Below the pieces are notes generated by a model that saw nothing but the letters and a program-made list of their open reading frames with translations, searched no databases and was not told the DNA's origin. From positions 22,630,001 through 22,694,000 of the forward strand of contig OZ249438.1 in assembly GCA_965235115.1 (NCBI GenBank): 64,000 bases of DNA. Reading direction: 5' to 3'. Each line of letters starts with the position of its first letter. Position 1 is the stretch's first letter. Shown piece after piece: positions 1 to 14,254 of this stretch. The position numbers were made by a program, and so were the translations under genes. The stretch comes from Laetmonice hystrix. Lineage: Eukaryota.

Positions 1-1759
1 AGATTGTCGTTGATGTGGGAGGGGATGTGGTGTGATGGGCATGGTGTGAACTCGATATCGGTGTGTTAGATTGTCGTTGATGTGGGAGGGGATGTGGTGT
101 GATGGGCATGGTGTGAACTCGATATCGGTGTGTTAGATTGTCGTTGATGTGGGAGGGGGTGTGGTGTGATGGGCATGGTGTGAACTCGATATCGGTGTGT
201 TAGATTGTCGTTGATGTGGGAGGGGATGTGGTGTGATGGGCATGGTGTGAACTCGATATCGGTGTGTTAGATTGTCGTTGATGTGGGGATGTGGTGTGAT
301 GGGCATGGTGTGAACTCGATATCGGTGTGTTAGATTGTCGTTGATGTGGGGGATGTGGTGTGATGGGAATGGTGTGAACTCGATATCGGTGTGTTAGATT
401 GTCGTTGATGTGGGAGGGGATGTGGTGTGATGGGCATGGTGTGGGATATCGGTGTGTTAGATTGTCGTTGATGTGGGAGGGGGTGTGGTGTGATGGGCAT
501 GGTGTGACCTCGATATCGGTGTGTTAGATTGTCGTTGATGTGGGAGGGGATGTGGTGTGATGGGCATGGTGTGACCTCGATATCGGTGTGTTAGATTGTC
601 GTTGATGTGGGAGGGGGTGTGGTGTGATGGGCATGGTGTGAACTCGATATCGGTGTGTTAGATTGTCGTTGATGTGGGAGGGGATGTGGTGTGATGGGCA
701 TGGTGTGGGATATCGGTGTGTTAGATTGTCGTTGATGTGGGAGGGGGTGTGGTGTGATGGGCATGGTGTGAACTCGATATCGGTGTGTTAGATTGTCGTT
801 GATGTGGGAGGGGATGTGGTGTGATGGGCATGGTGTGAACTCGATATCGGTGTGTTAGATTGTCGTTGATGTGGGAGGGGATGTGGTGTGATGGGCATGG
901 TGTGGGATATCGGTGTGTTAGATTGTCGTTGATGTGGGAGGGGGTGTGGTGTGATGGGCATGGTGTGAACTCGATATCGGTGTGTTAGATTGTCGTTGAT
1001 GTGGGAGGGGATGTGGTGTGATGGGCATGGTGTGGGATATCGGTGTGTTAGATTGTCGTTGATGTGGGAGGGGATGTGGTGTGATGGGCATGGTGTGAAC
1101 TCGATATCGGTGTGTTAGATTGTCGTTGATGTGGGAGGGGATGTGGTGTGATGGGCATGGTGTGACCTCGATATCGGTGTGTTAGATTGTCGTTGATGTG
1201 GGAGGGGATGTGGTGTGATGGGCATGGTGTGGGATATCGGTGTGTTAGATTGTCGTTGATGTGGGAGGGGATGTGGTGTGATGGGCATGGTGTGAACTCG
1301 ATATCGGTGTGTTAGATTGTCGTTGATGTGGGAGGGGATGTGGTGTGATGGGCATGGTGTGAACTCGATATCGGTGTGTTAGATTGTCGTTGATGTGGGA
1401 GGGGATGTGGTGTGATGGGCATGGTGTGGGATATCGGTGTGTTAGATTGTCGTTGATGTGGGAGGGGATGTGGTGTGATGGGCATGGTGTGTTAGATTGT
1501 CGTTGATGTGGGGATGTGGTGTGATGGGCATGGTGTGAACTCGATATCGGTGTGTTAGATTGTCGTTGATGTGGGAGGGGATGTGGTGTGATGGGCATGG
1601 TGTGAACTCGATATCGGTGTGTTAGATTGTCGTTGATGTGGGAGGGTAAGTGGTGTGATGGGCATGGTGTGGGATATCGGTGTGTTAGATTGTCGTTGAT
1701 GTGGGAGGGGGTATGGTGTGATGGGCATGGTGTGAACTCGATATCGGTGTGTTAGATTG
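1..1759. repeat. 67-bp minisatellite (GT-rich), about 27 copies, truncated by the window start
   Basis: Unit agattgtcgttgatgtgggaggggatgtggtgtgatgggcatggtgtgaactcgatatcggtgtgtt repeats head-to-tail. A 63-bp variant (gtgggatatc) and shorter deletion variants are interspersed. Confidence 0.97.
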
Positions 1760-4700
1760 GACTGGTGTATATATCGGAGAGGTAATCGTCTCACCGACCG
1801 TCATTGGGTTGAGACGCTATACGCCGGCCGCCTGGTCTGGAGTCCGGACTGTGTCAGCAGACCTCAGGCCCGCCTCCCACGCCATGAGACAGCAGTGAAC
1901 GGTTGTTTTGACTGATCGTGGCGGCCAGAGAAGGTACAGAACTTCCCCGGCTCGCATGTTGCCAATATGTGATATCAGTCCTATCTGGGCTGACATGTTT
2001 TCTCGAGTGCTTCGCTCAATGACATGGTGTCATGCCAAAGTAGGATTTCGTTCGGGATACATTCCGTCCGGGTTACATCGGTGTCCTATTCGTCAACTAT
2101 ACTCTGGCGCTCCTCTAATATAATGTATGGTGACCATATCAGCAGCGACCGAGGTCAGGTTGTTAGGGGGGTGGGTGGCTAAAAGAGCTAGGTAATTAAA
2201 GATATATAATAAAATGGAACCCTACAGTGTTGTTTTACATTCATGCATGGCATCAGCATGGCTTGTCATCCATGTGCGGCGTTGTACTTTATATATCGGT
2301 GAGAGGAGGTTTGCGGTATACCTACACCATGGTACAATAAAGTCTAACATTTCAATTTATAACGTGTATAATTTTACAGGGAGGCGTAACTTTGGAAAGT
2401 GCATATTGTATACAGGGGGTCAGTGGGCCGTCAGTGGTTCGAAACGATCCGCTTACACAGTTAAATCTACCCGTATCTTCTCCCCTTTGATCTTTCTACC
2501 CCCGTGAGATGATCCTGGATTACCTAGACTTGAGCAGCTCAATGGAATCACGATACCATCCCAGGTCGAGGTGATCCTGGCTGCGACCAAAGCTTCACCC
2601 GGCAACATAATATTATATAGCCATACACTTCAAACGCATACAATGGCCGCTAAGCGTCTTAGCATTATCGGACAGTGTGAGCTATAGGAACATTAACGAT
2701 CTGTGATTTAGCGGGCCAGGCAAGGGTCACACCCTGTTTGTAATACACGTTTGGTTTCCGGAGCCGAGTGCATGGCACATGTAGAGAATAACTCAACAAC
2801 AGCTCTGCATAGGCTGGGGTAGAGAAAGGAATCACACTGTTGTTCGAAAGAAAACGGTCACAACGGTTACCGGTACCGTGTGCTTCCTCCACGCTAACAT
2901 TATATACAAAATGTATACTTTTGATATGTCTACATGTATGATTCCATGTATCGTACATGTACATGTGAATTTGTATAATTCAACTATCTCCCTGCCCGTC
3001 AAGTTTGTATATCGTTAGAAGGAGTTGAAACGGGTCAGTTGAACGCACACGTGTGACCTTTAATCAGACCAATGAGAGGTGAATTCAAAGAGCGTTCCTG
3101 AAATGGGATCCCTCTCCATGGAGGATACGGGCAGCGGGCTAAACTGACATCAAAGAAGGTCATAAGGGACGGGTCGGAAACCCTGTCCAAACATCAATTT
3201 GGCTGCCATTTCGATCAACAGGACGGAGAGCGACCAGCATGCAGTGATCAAGGAGCTGTATCAACTGGAGAATAATGTACAAATATAGAGTATATATACG
3301 TACGTATGGGTGTACGGTACCCATGCAGGCATTCATACATACAAAATAATGTCATACCAGGGAATGAGGCTGAAACAGTTTGTCAGTCAAAGACCATCGC
3401 GACTAATTCGATTGGAGTGATCAAGGGACTCGTGCCCTGAGTGTATTATATTGATAAGAATGGAATCATATTGATAAGAAAAGAATGTTTTATAAAAGGC
3501 GTTCCAATCACAGAACGACGAGGGCGTGGTATGCTGGTTCTTTTCTTCGGAAGGCGACTGACCTGAAAATGAGAGCTGGCAGCTAGTTAAGACTTGGGGG
3601 CACAGATGTCGAACAGCAGCTATCAGAGAGTCGTGTGATGTAGTCTTTGTGTTAATACCGACTGTTTCACTAACTCCGATCTGGCCTAGCTCGAGGGTGG
3701 GGGTGGGCGATCTGGGAGGGTTGGAGTTGTGTGTGTGTGTGGCAGTGGGGGGGGGGGGGGGGGTACGCTGGATGTCACGAACGTGGCTCCCACCCGAGCC
3801 TCAATCTAATGGTATGTGGTCAAGTTAATAGTAGTCTCGGTTTGTCGTTGAAGTGTGCGGCAGGGAGCTGGTCTTGGATCAAGTTTCTGGGACCCAGGTG
3901 TTGGCGTCGGGGCCCCATTTGTATTTCCTTGCTACCCACCCGGGTAAGCGAGTCACAGACGGGACTTTGGCATCTGCGCTTCCATTTCCGAGTTGTTTAT
4001 TTGTAATTCAAGCACATCGGTTCTATTCTGGCGAAAGATTCGGGACTGTCGCGAAGTTTCCCATACGGTGACAGTGTCACGCAATCTACCAGCCGACCAC
4101 GAGTGAAGTCTCTCATCTCCACATGCAGTGGAGGCAAGGAAAGCTGCTCTCGCGAGATTTGACGAAAAATGAGATGACGTCACTTCGGTTGACGTAGAGC
4201 CATCACAACGACACAGCTGGCTGACATTTACTGTCAATGATCTTCACTCATTGACTTAGCACACAGTTATGATATGTTGGCGCTACTGTGTAAATTTGAC
4301 AACATTTAAAATGTGGCTACATGGTATTATGCTTTACGAGAGAACATCGCCAATTTGTCAATCAGGGAGACATGAACACAATCATATCTCGTCTGTTGGT
4401 GAGTTATGTGAGGGGACATGATCATCCCGCCTGCATGGTTTACTATCTGCTGCTATATATGAGGGAGATAAATATCCAGTAAATAAGAAGCTATGAAAAA
4501 ATGAAAATAATAAAGCACAATCTTATCATGGCATTACGTGAAATATTTACATTCCCATTATGGCGACTTTCGTCGATATGCAGCAGTCGACTTCGTGAAT
4601 CAACGCCAATTTCAATCACCTAAATTACAGAGCCACTAGACCAAATAACACTGGGTCGCAAAGGTCTTTTATTCAGGGATTGCTTGAATGTTTGCACCGA

Positions 4701-7700
4701 GAATGGTCACACTATCGCTCGAGACATTCTCAGGTTATGACCAACATACAACATGTACCGAGGGCACTTAATCATGCCACTTCTCATTCAATTCCTTGCA
4801 GTTCAATGTTGTATATTCATAAACTTTTACCAGATAGCTAAACTCCGACAGACAACTTTTCAACAAGAACATATTTCTAGAATTGCTCTCTCTCTCTCCT
4901 TGTTATAATTGCTCGGACATTGGTCAATATTTCACTATCTTGTTTTAAAACCGATAAAAACCTTTCGGATCGAGTCTATTTCAGGGGGCGGTGAGAATAT
5001 TGACCAATAGATCTATTCTGTGCGGCTGTCCAAAAGACACAGTCGGTCCATGCAAGAAATGATAGATGGCAAGTAAACGTAGATATATTTGGGCTTGGTT
5101 GCCGTATTTAGGAGTAGGTGATGGATTGGACACATGAGTATAATTGTAGATATTTTACAAAATCATAATTGTGGCCATTGCAACAAACCACAATATTGAT
5201 GTTAATGGTTAAAACAACATGCATGCAAGCATAGTTATTGTTAGAAATCAAATTAGTTGCGGTGATTCAAAGTCCAAAGTTGCATGACAAGGCTACGAGT
5301 ATAATAACATCATAGGAAATATGATAACTTTCATTTCAAGTCCTGCGGGATAAACAGTCAGCAAAGTCTACACACAAACTGAGATATTTTACGCTTTAAC
5401 AAATAATATTGTGCGATTTTACAATAGTTCTTCCTTTGTCAGGGTATAAATATACGAGTGTAATATGCATATAACATAATGTATACATGGATAATACATG
5501 TACGGGTGTATATGGATATTATTGGCCGGATGCAAGGACGTAGTTAGTCTCGAGATTAACTCAATCCGTGGATTAACGCCTATTCCCAGTTGCGAACTTT
5601 CTAGCCTTTTCTCTTTTTTGGAGACCGGCCCTTATTTCGCTGACCAAGCACAATAGAATTCATTTAAACATGACTACCAAACGTACCCAACCTTAAATCT
5701 AGGTTAGTTAGTAAGTTAAGCCATTCTTGGGATTACCCAAATGTTCTTGCATCCGGCCACTTATGTATTTTTGCTGCAATATGATATTTATATACGTCAC
5801 GTTAATACCAAGCCTTCTATATACATTGTAATAAACAGCATGTGTTTGAGAATCTATAGATATACATGTATGCACAGTCCCATACATTTTTTTCAAGAGC
5901 CTTTCCTTTCCTCCATATAACCCTAAGCCTATCATTTCCCTTTTAGGCCTGCTGACTTTAATGGGATACCGTTGACACAGATGGAAGATAAACAAAATAA
6001 AAGATAATACGACAAAATACCAATAAGCTTGTATGATTCTTGACTGTCCTTACCTTTCTACAAACCCGGGTAACAAGATGTACACTTGGTATCATTGTCT
6101 CGCTGATTGCTGTTACGCCGCCCTCGGGACAACCGACGCTCCGAGTCGTCTCGATTCGCAACCAGATGGCGCTCCGGTATTACCACTGGCTTCCCAGACC
6201 TTCCACAAGGTGCTGCGACTGATGACGACTCCGTAAAGCGGGCGTTTCACAGTTAGTAAGCATTCAGTTATAGTCAGTACTCGACACCACTTGACCTGTC
6301 TCATGTGGAAACTTACCTAGGTCCCGAAAGATATAGTACAAACTTCTTATCTATCGACTCTTTCAAAATAAATTACAACTGTAGATCTATAAGCGAAGAT
6401 GATTTAGCACTAGGCTTATTCAAGGCCCCTGTGTATTTTCTTTCTTGTTGGCTTATTGTTTTTAGGTACAGGCTGAAATAATTAGTCAGTTAGACATCTT
6501 CTCTAACAGGGATTCATTGGACATACTGACTTCAATTGTTTATGTTTATCTAGCATCCCAATCTGGATGAAATGTTGGAGTTGCACACATCAATGTCCTC
6601 GTAGTAATAAAGAAGCGGGCATGGCCACCGTGAAAACCAAAGGTTTGTGTTGTTCTGTTGTAAAAAAATAATGTAGTAATATACTTTTTAACATCAGCTG
6701 TCCAAGATACAAACTGGTTTGGACTCTATAACCTTACTATTGAATAGTCGGGAAAGAACTTTTACAACTGTGTTTTTCAATTAAATGAACCGTGAACAAC
6801 GTTTGCCATCTATTCTACCAGGCGTGGAATGGATCGTGAACTATTTAGGCCTAGTCTGCATACTTTTTGGTCAATACTCTTACAAGATCCGCCTCCGAGA
6901 CTCGGTCGGTGAGTCCTGCGTTTTCCGTTAGCCAAAACCACATGTACAGGGCTTCGAATTTGTTCGAGAACAGGATGGAGGGTTCTCAGTCGTCGGCAAC
7001 GTCACGTAACAGGTCAACATCCGCGTTTTGCTTGATGCATCACTGACAATAGGGCCCGGGCAGCACAGCCGCGTCATGTCAGTCGGTTTGCCGCCATCTC
7101 TGACCTGCCAGGTTTGTCGTCTGCTGCACATTTCGTCCTATCAACACGGACACACCCAACCACAGATCCCGCGTCACATCACGTCTGCGCTCCGCGCTCC
7201 TGCAGGCAATTAGTGAGCAAGGCACAGCTGACCCCTTAACCCCAAACTTTGCACCACTTTTCAAATGAGGCAGTTGTTCATCGACAGTGCAGTCATCGGC
7301 TTTTACTCACTGGAGGAACTGCAGTGTATATGGAAAGGCAGCTGACTGTATTGTCGCCATAAGTGCTAAAAGACACACTTGCCTACTTGAGTGTTACAAA
7401 CGAATACCCCGGTGTATCAGCTTTCTATTTATTTTACAAGCGTATGCATTCTTCTACCAGTTCGTGTTTGCTTTTGCCTCTTTTCTGTGTGTTCATCATT
7501 ACTGGGTGCGTGCCAGAGTTCAAAAGTTGGTGACAGAATTACAAACTACTTGTTCATTGATGACAAAGAACCATGCGTCGTAAAGTGTGTTTGGCGTGCT
7601 CGTGCAAAGTCACGTGTTCCTATTCCCCCTTAACAATGGACCTGTAGAGAGCTGAGTAACTTGGGCGACACAGTATCCAAATATACTGCTGTTATGCCAA

Positions 7701-9618
7701 CCTTTTTTTTGCAGAATGTCTAGGTGACGCTTCGCTAATAACTGTTCAGCCACTGTTGTCCACGCATGTAAGGTAATATGTACATTACAACTTTAGTACC
7801 CGCATGTGGATTCCTGTTTTAAGTTTGAGAGCACACCTTCAATATGTTTATAGGGTTCCTCTACCATCATGTTTTCATAAAAGGGGGCGATATGTATCAA
7901 ACTTTAAAAGTCACTTCTCATTTTCTAGAAGTACAATACAACATCAGAATCGACCATCATGGCAATCCATTCTGGTTCAACCCGGATGTAATCCATTAGT
8001 ATAGAAAGAAACTCTTGTGGAGCTAGAATTTCAACCATGGTACGTGTACCATATGGGTTATAACGGTTAAAGTACCCATACTGTATAATGTACCTTACTA
8101 CTTCAATGATCACTTGATATCTGGTTGTAAAGGGATAATGTATTCTGTATCGCAGCAATAATTTCTCACTTCAATGAGACCACTTTGTGACGCTATAGTC
8201 ATACATAGTCACATAGTCAGCTGCCATGGGCGATATTATATAGGGGCAAAACACAATAAAGGTTTCCAGTTCTCAACCGTATAGAAAAATTTAAACGTTG
8301 AAGTTTACCTATCTTGGAAGCTAAAGAAAGAAATATGACTGTCTGGGGAATAGTATAAAGAGCCACAGGCACAGAGACATATTTCTTGTGGAGGAGGGCG
8401 GAGCTAGGTTTGGAGGTTGGCGGGAATGTCCCATGAAACAAGGTCGGGTAGATTGGTGGCGTATGGTGGACTGATATCTACGGTGAACAATCAGAGCCAG
8501 AGGGTAGAGATCGGGTGACGGCCAGTCAGCTAGGGTAACACTCACTCCTGTCACACCCCCTGCCACAGCCCACCCCCAGCTCGCTACCACTGTAACACAG
8601 CTGCCCCACGCCCGATCCCCCTTTGACCTAGAGCCAGCCAACTCCCGGCAACAGTGCAAACAGACCTAGCACATCGCCCTCACTGCCTCATAAATCCATA
8701 CTCGAAAATAATGAAGTCTCAATTGAGGCATCGTAGTAACAACGATGTAGGCGGGGTTTCCATTGAGAAAACATATGAATCAGGCGTTGATATATAAAGG
8801 CGGGTTCAAACGTGGAAACTGCTACCAGTATTTAACCCTCAGTACCAATTAAACCCTTACGATAGGGGCGAATTATAGCAGTGTGTTGGACTGGTTGGAG
8901 GACGAGCGTGAAAACCAGGAGTGGTCGGTCTGGTTACAGTCACGTCAGATTTCTCCCTACCATTGGGTAATGAGAATATACGGCATGGAGGCTCACCTTA
9001 CGAAATAACTCGACAGCAACGCCACCGAGAAGATCAGCCAAGGCTTTAACCGAGAAAAGGGCAATTACTGGTGTAATGATCTCATTAGTGAAGATCCTAG
9101 TGTTTGTAACCAGCACCAGCCGTTTTGAATAGACAACTTATGAAGTCCAAGGATCAGCAGCCCTGCGACTGTCGGGGGGAACGCGCCCTTTTCATCAGCA
9201 GTTGATGGACGAAAAAGGGGTCAACGAGTTCCCAAGTACACCCAATACAGATGGTCGTTACCTCTGACATAATTCATGAAAACAGACATGACCGGGCATG
9301 CAAAGTAAGTTACAAAGATAAGTCATAAAGAGAAGATCATGGCGAGCAGAATTTAAAAAGAACTAAAATAATCTTCACACGTAACAGCAAAAACGTAACG
9401 TTGATGATAACAGTCATTAGGAGGATAGCAAAAAGTCAATACTTCACACAACAATGACTTGTTTCATTAAACTAGAGTGTAGCTAAAGAAAGTATGGAAT
9501 ATGAGAAAGGGGGAAAGAAGGGGGAAGGTCAAAGTGAAGGAAATACAGGAAGTTTAGAAAAAATGATGAACTGTTCGCGACACGTTGTGACAAATCTCGC
9601 CCACAAACCATTATTTCT

Positions 9619-9776
9619 NNNNNNNNNNNNNNNNNNNNNNNNNNNNNNNNNNNNNNNNNNNNNNNNNNNNNNNNNNNNNNNNNNNNNNNNNNNNNNNNNN
9701 NNNNNNNNNNNNNNNNNNNNNNNNNNNNNNNNNNNNNNNNNNNNNNNNNNNNNNNNNNNNNNNNNNNNNNNNNNNN
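9619..9776. other. Assembly gap (158 N)
   Basis: Run of N in the sequence. Confidence 1.
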
Positions 9777-10805
9777 GGACAGAAGGAAGCGGGATGATGG
9801 ATTATTACCGTAATGACCTTCCAAAGCGTGACCGTTTGAATTTGGATCCTCGATCCCAAGCTGGTGTTATGCTGGCTTGTCTCTGGCTGAGGTACAGCAT
9901 TGTTGGCTGACAGCTGGCAATCCTTTACACCCGTGGTAGCTCCGGCCCAGCGGTGGTCTGGCTATATCTATTATATAAAAAAGGTCTCAGATCGGCAGGC
10001 TAGCAAGAGGCTATCACTTTAACGACGATTAAAACAGCAGACAGACCACATCGCTGAATGGCCTAGCTGTGAAATGCCATAGTATCAGGGCAATAACTCC
10101 GGTAAAAACATGCACACATATAATAAACAAATCCCATAAAAAATCAACGGCTAACTAACCCCGCCCGTACAACGTATACATTCCTTATTTTATTTTCAAA
10201 TAAGAGGGCAATGTATTAGACATTGGTTGGTTGTCGTTATCTTGTCTGTGCGATCACCCCGTAGGGAGCATGTGTCTTTAAGTCCTGTCTCATCTCGATA
10301 TAGGCAATGATCGAGTCGTGTAACTGCTCTAGTGCAAGGTACTGCCTCTCAGCTGATAACACAGATCACCTTGCGCTCGTTTTGCATGACTATAGAATGG
10401 CCGTGGGCCTACATTTAGCTTCATAAAGGAGGGTCTTCACATTGACAAAGACCGAGATACCAGAACACGGTAGTCGGGCAAAGAACAATTTACGTTTCTA
10501 TAGACTTTGAAATCGGCGAGCAGCATACCGACTGGATAGCCATGCCGACTGATTGACGCAGGGTGCTAGGTAAATGACGGGGTTTAACCCCACACCGCCT
10601 GCGGATATTTGCACCTCGAGGTCCCTGTAATGATTACCCTAACTTGAGAAATTGCCAATAATCCATCATCTTCGGGCCAAAAAGGAGCCAGATTGTATCC
10701 CCGGCCTTACCTGCTCCCATGGCGGTGTATAATTTCACGAGTGACACTTGTAACCGACACCCTGTGTGAGGAACGTCTGATGATGAACGTGAGACAAAGT
10801 AATCG

Positions 10806-12971
10806 TGGGACCGTCACAGGGCAACCCCCACCCCCTCCCCCTCTACCTGGGACCGTCACAGGGCAACCCCCACCCCCTCCCCCTCTACCTGGGACCGTCA
10901 CAGGGCAGAACCCCCCCCCCCTCTACCTGGGACCGTCACAGGGCAGAACCCCCCCTCCCCCTCTACCTGGGACTGTCACAGGGCAGAACCCCCCCTACCT
11001 GGGACCGTCACAGGGCAGAACCCGCCCCCTCCCCCTCTACCTGGGACCGTCACAGGGCAGAACCCCCCCTCCCCCTCTACCTGAGACCGTCACAGGGCAG
11101 AACCCCCCCTCTACCTGGGACCGTCACAGGGCAACCCCCACCCCCTCCCCCTCTACCTGGGACCGTCACAGGGCAGAACCCCCCCTCTACCTGGGACCGT
11201 CACAGGGCAGAACCCCCCCTCTACCTGGGACCGTCACAGGGCAACCCCCACCCCCTCCCCCTCTACCTGGGACCGTCACAGGGCAGAACCCCCCCTCTAC
11301 CTGGGACCGTCACAGGGCAGAACCCCCCCCCTCTACCTGGGACCGTCACAGGGCAGAACCCCCCCTCTACCTGGGACCGTCACAGGGCAGAACCCCCCCC
11401 TCTACCTGGGACCGTCACAGGGCAGAACCCCCCCCCTCCCCCTCTACCTGGGACCGTCACAGGGCAGAACCCCCCCCCTCTACCTGGGACCGTCACAGGG
11501 CAGAACCCCCCCTCTACCTGGGACCGTCACAGGGCAGAACCCCCCCTCTACCTGGAACCGTCACAGGGCAGAACCCCCCCCCTCTACCTGGGACCGTCAC
11601 AGGGCAGAACCCCCCTCCCCCTCTACCTGGGACCGTCACAGGGCAGAACCCCCCCCCTCTACCTGGGACCGTCACAGGGCAGAACCCCCCCTCTACCTGG
11701 AACCGTCACAGGGCAGAACCCCCCTCCCCCTCTACCTGGAACCGTCACAGGGCAGAACCCCCCCCCCCCCCCCCCCTCTACCTGGGACCGTCACAGGGCA
11801 GAACCTCCCTCCCCCTCTACCTGGGACCGTCACAGGGCAGAACCCCCCTCCCCCTCTACCTGGGACCGTCACAGGGCAGAACCCCCCCTCTACCTGGGAC
11901 CGTCACAGGGCAGAACCCCCCCTCCCTCTACCTGGGACCGTCACAGGGCAGAACCCCCCCCCCTCTACCTGGGACCGTCACAGGGCAGAACCCCCCCCCT
12001 CTACCTGGGACCGTCACAGGGCAGAACCCCCCCCCCCCTCTACCTGGGACCGTCACAGGGCAGAACCCCCCTCCCCCTCTACCTGGGACCGTCACAGGGC
12101 AGAACCCCCCCCCCTCCCCCTCTACCTGGGACCGTCACAGGGCAGAACCCCCCTCCCCCTCTACCTGGGACCGTCACAGGGCAGAACCCCCCCTCCCCCT
12201 CTACCTGGGACCGTCACAGGGCAGAACCCCCCCTCCCCCTCTACCTGGGACCGTCACAGGGCAGACCCCCCCCCCTCTACCTGGGACCGTCACAGGGCAA
12301 AACCCCCCCTCCCCCTCTACCTGGGACCGTCACAGGGCAGAACCCCCCCTCCCCTCTACCTGGGACCGTCACAGGGCAGAACCCCCCCCCCCTCTACCTG
12401 GGACCGTCACAGGGCAGAACCCCCCCCCTCTACCTGGGACCGTCACAGGGCAGAACCCCCCCTCTGCCTGGGACCGTCACAGGGCAGAACCCCCCTCTAC
12501 CTGGGACCGTCACAGGGCAGAACCCCCCCCCCTCTACCTGGGACCGTCACAGGGCAGAACCCCCCCCCTCTACCTGGGACCGTCACAGGGCAGAACCCCC
12601 CCCCCCTACCTGGGACCGTCACAGGGCAGAACCCCCCTCTACCTGGGACTGTCACAGGGCAGAACCCCCCCCCCACCTGGGACCGTCACAGGGCAGAACC
12701 CCCCTCTACCTGGGACTGTCACAGGGCAGAACCCCCCCCCCCCCCTCTACCTGGGACCGTCACAGGGCAGAACCCCCCCCCCCTCTACCTGGGACCGTCA
12801 CAGGGCAGAACCCCCCTCTACCTGGGACTGTCACAGGGCAGAACCCCCCCTCTACCTGGGACCGTCACAGGGCAGAACCCCCCCCCCCTCTACCTGGGAC
12901 CGTCACAGGGCAGAACCCCCCCTCTACCTGGGACCGTCACAGGGCAGAACCCCCTCCCCCTCTACCTGGGA
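10806..12971. repeat. Minisatellite of about 35-45 bp with a variable poly-C tract, roughly 55 copies
   Basis: Constant core ctctacctgggaccgtcacagggcagaa followed by C-runs of variable length, sometimes interrupted by T. Confidence 0.97.
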
Positions 12972-13575
12972 TAAAGTCAGTCGGGGGGGGGGCAACGGTG
13001 CGTGAATGACGCCTATGATGTATTAGAGTTCTTTAACAGGCACAGGGTATATAGGATGCATGCATCCTATGACCCTAAAAACATTATACACACAGCCCCA
13101 TATACATACCTGGTTATATTATATGTAAACATCTATAATATACGTGTATAAAATGTGTTTTGCACACTCACACACCACCATACACAGTGAAGTGCAATTT
13201 GCAGTAGAGCCACTTGTTTTTTTGGTCCAGTTTAATCGATCCATTTAATAATTTTGTTAACCTGAAAGTTGTGATTGACAAATAACAGGTCGAAGAAAAA
13301 TGCCTAATTAAAAACCTAGATGTCGCCACTGTAAGATGCACATACATACGTGTCATAATATCAAGTTATAAAAACACTCTTCACCTCTAACTAACATGAT
13401 CTTCATGAGATTATGGCCATACGTCACATATTTACGGAAAATGTCAACATTACATGCACCAAAGACCAAACAGTGGCCAGACATATAATACTCATTAAAC
13501 AATGTCAGTGATCTGAGAAAGTCACCGCCGTATTGTCGACAGGAAGCCTCCCTTACCATGACACCGGCCTCTCAT

Positions 13576-14110
13576 GGTCACACGGGGCCATACAGTGCCA
13601 TACAGGGCCGCAGGAGATCACACGGGGCCACATAGGGCCATAGAGGGCCACAGGAGGTCACACGGGGCCACAGAGGGCCATAGAGGGCCGCAGGAGATCA
13701 CACGCGGCCACAGAGGGCCATAGAGGGCCACAGGAGGTCACACGGGGCCACACAGGGCCATAGAGGGCCGCAGGAGGTCACATGGGGCCACAGAGGGCCA
13801 TAGAGGGCCCCAGGAGATCACACGGGGCCACAGAGGGCCATAAAGGGCCCCAGGAGATCACACGGGGCCACAGAGGGCCATAGAGGGCCGCGGGAGATCA
13901 CACGGAGCCACAGAGGGCCATAGAGGGCCGCAGGAGATCACACGGGGCCACAGAGGGCCATAGAGGGCCGCAGGAGATCATACGGGGCCACAGAGGCCCA
14001 TAAAGGGCCCCAGGAGATCACATGGAGCCACAGAGGCCCATAAAGGGCCCCAGGAGATCACATGGAGCCACAGAGGGCCATAAAGGGCCCCAGGAGGTCT
14101 CATGGGGCCA
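13576..14110. repeat. 40-bp minisatellite, about 13 copies
   Basis: Unit cacacggggccacagagggccatagagggccgcaggagat, built from four related 10-bp sub-repeats. Confidence 0.95.
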
Positions 14111-14211
14111 GACGTGTCACTCAGCCTCATTTCCTCTTTGAACACCCTGGAAAAGCAGCAGAAAGAACTCTTTCTGTCTCTCTAGCTTTCCATCGCTCTC
14201 TCTGGTTGATC

Positions 14212-14220
<9 letters not shown>

Positions 14221-14250
<30 letters not shown>
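14221..14250. repeat. (TC)15 microsatellite
   Basis: Perfect dinucleotide run. A shorter (CT)n run lies at about 14806-14825. Confidence 0.95.

Positions 14251-14254
<4 letters not shown>

Noticed and set aside
5708-6260. Penelope-like remnant (weak GIY-YIG-like words; CTGATGA-CG-ACTC-CG-TAAA at about 6216)
   Set aside because: No real YIG motif or RT; the hammerhead lacks G12 and stem I does not pair.
6554-7772. Isolated + strand exon candidates (6554-6642 and 7715-7772) with AG/GT boundaries
   Set aside because: Short, no recognisable protein similarity, no supporting exon chain; such sites occur by chance.
9483-9910. ORFs spanning the first N-gap (and 57879-58481 spanning the second)
   Set aside because: They are open only because N translates as X.
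10693-13009. 770-aa and 734-aa Pro-rich ORFs (extensin/collagen-like)
   Set aside because: They lie on a minisatellite with no stop in any + frame. The same three peptide motifs cycle in both frames as C-run length changes, which is a repeat artefact.
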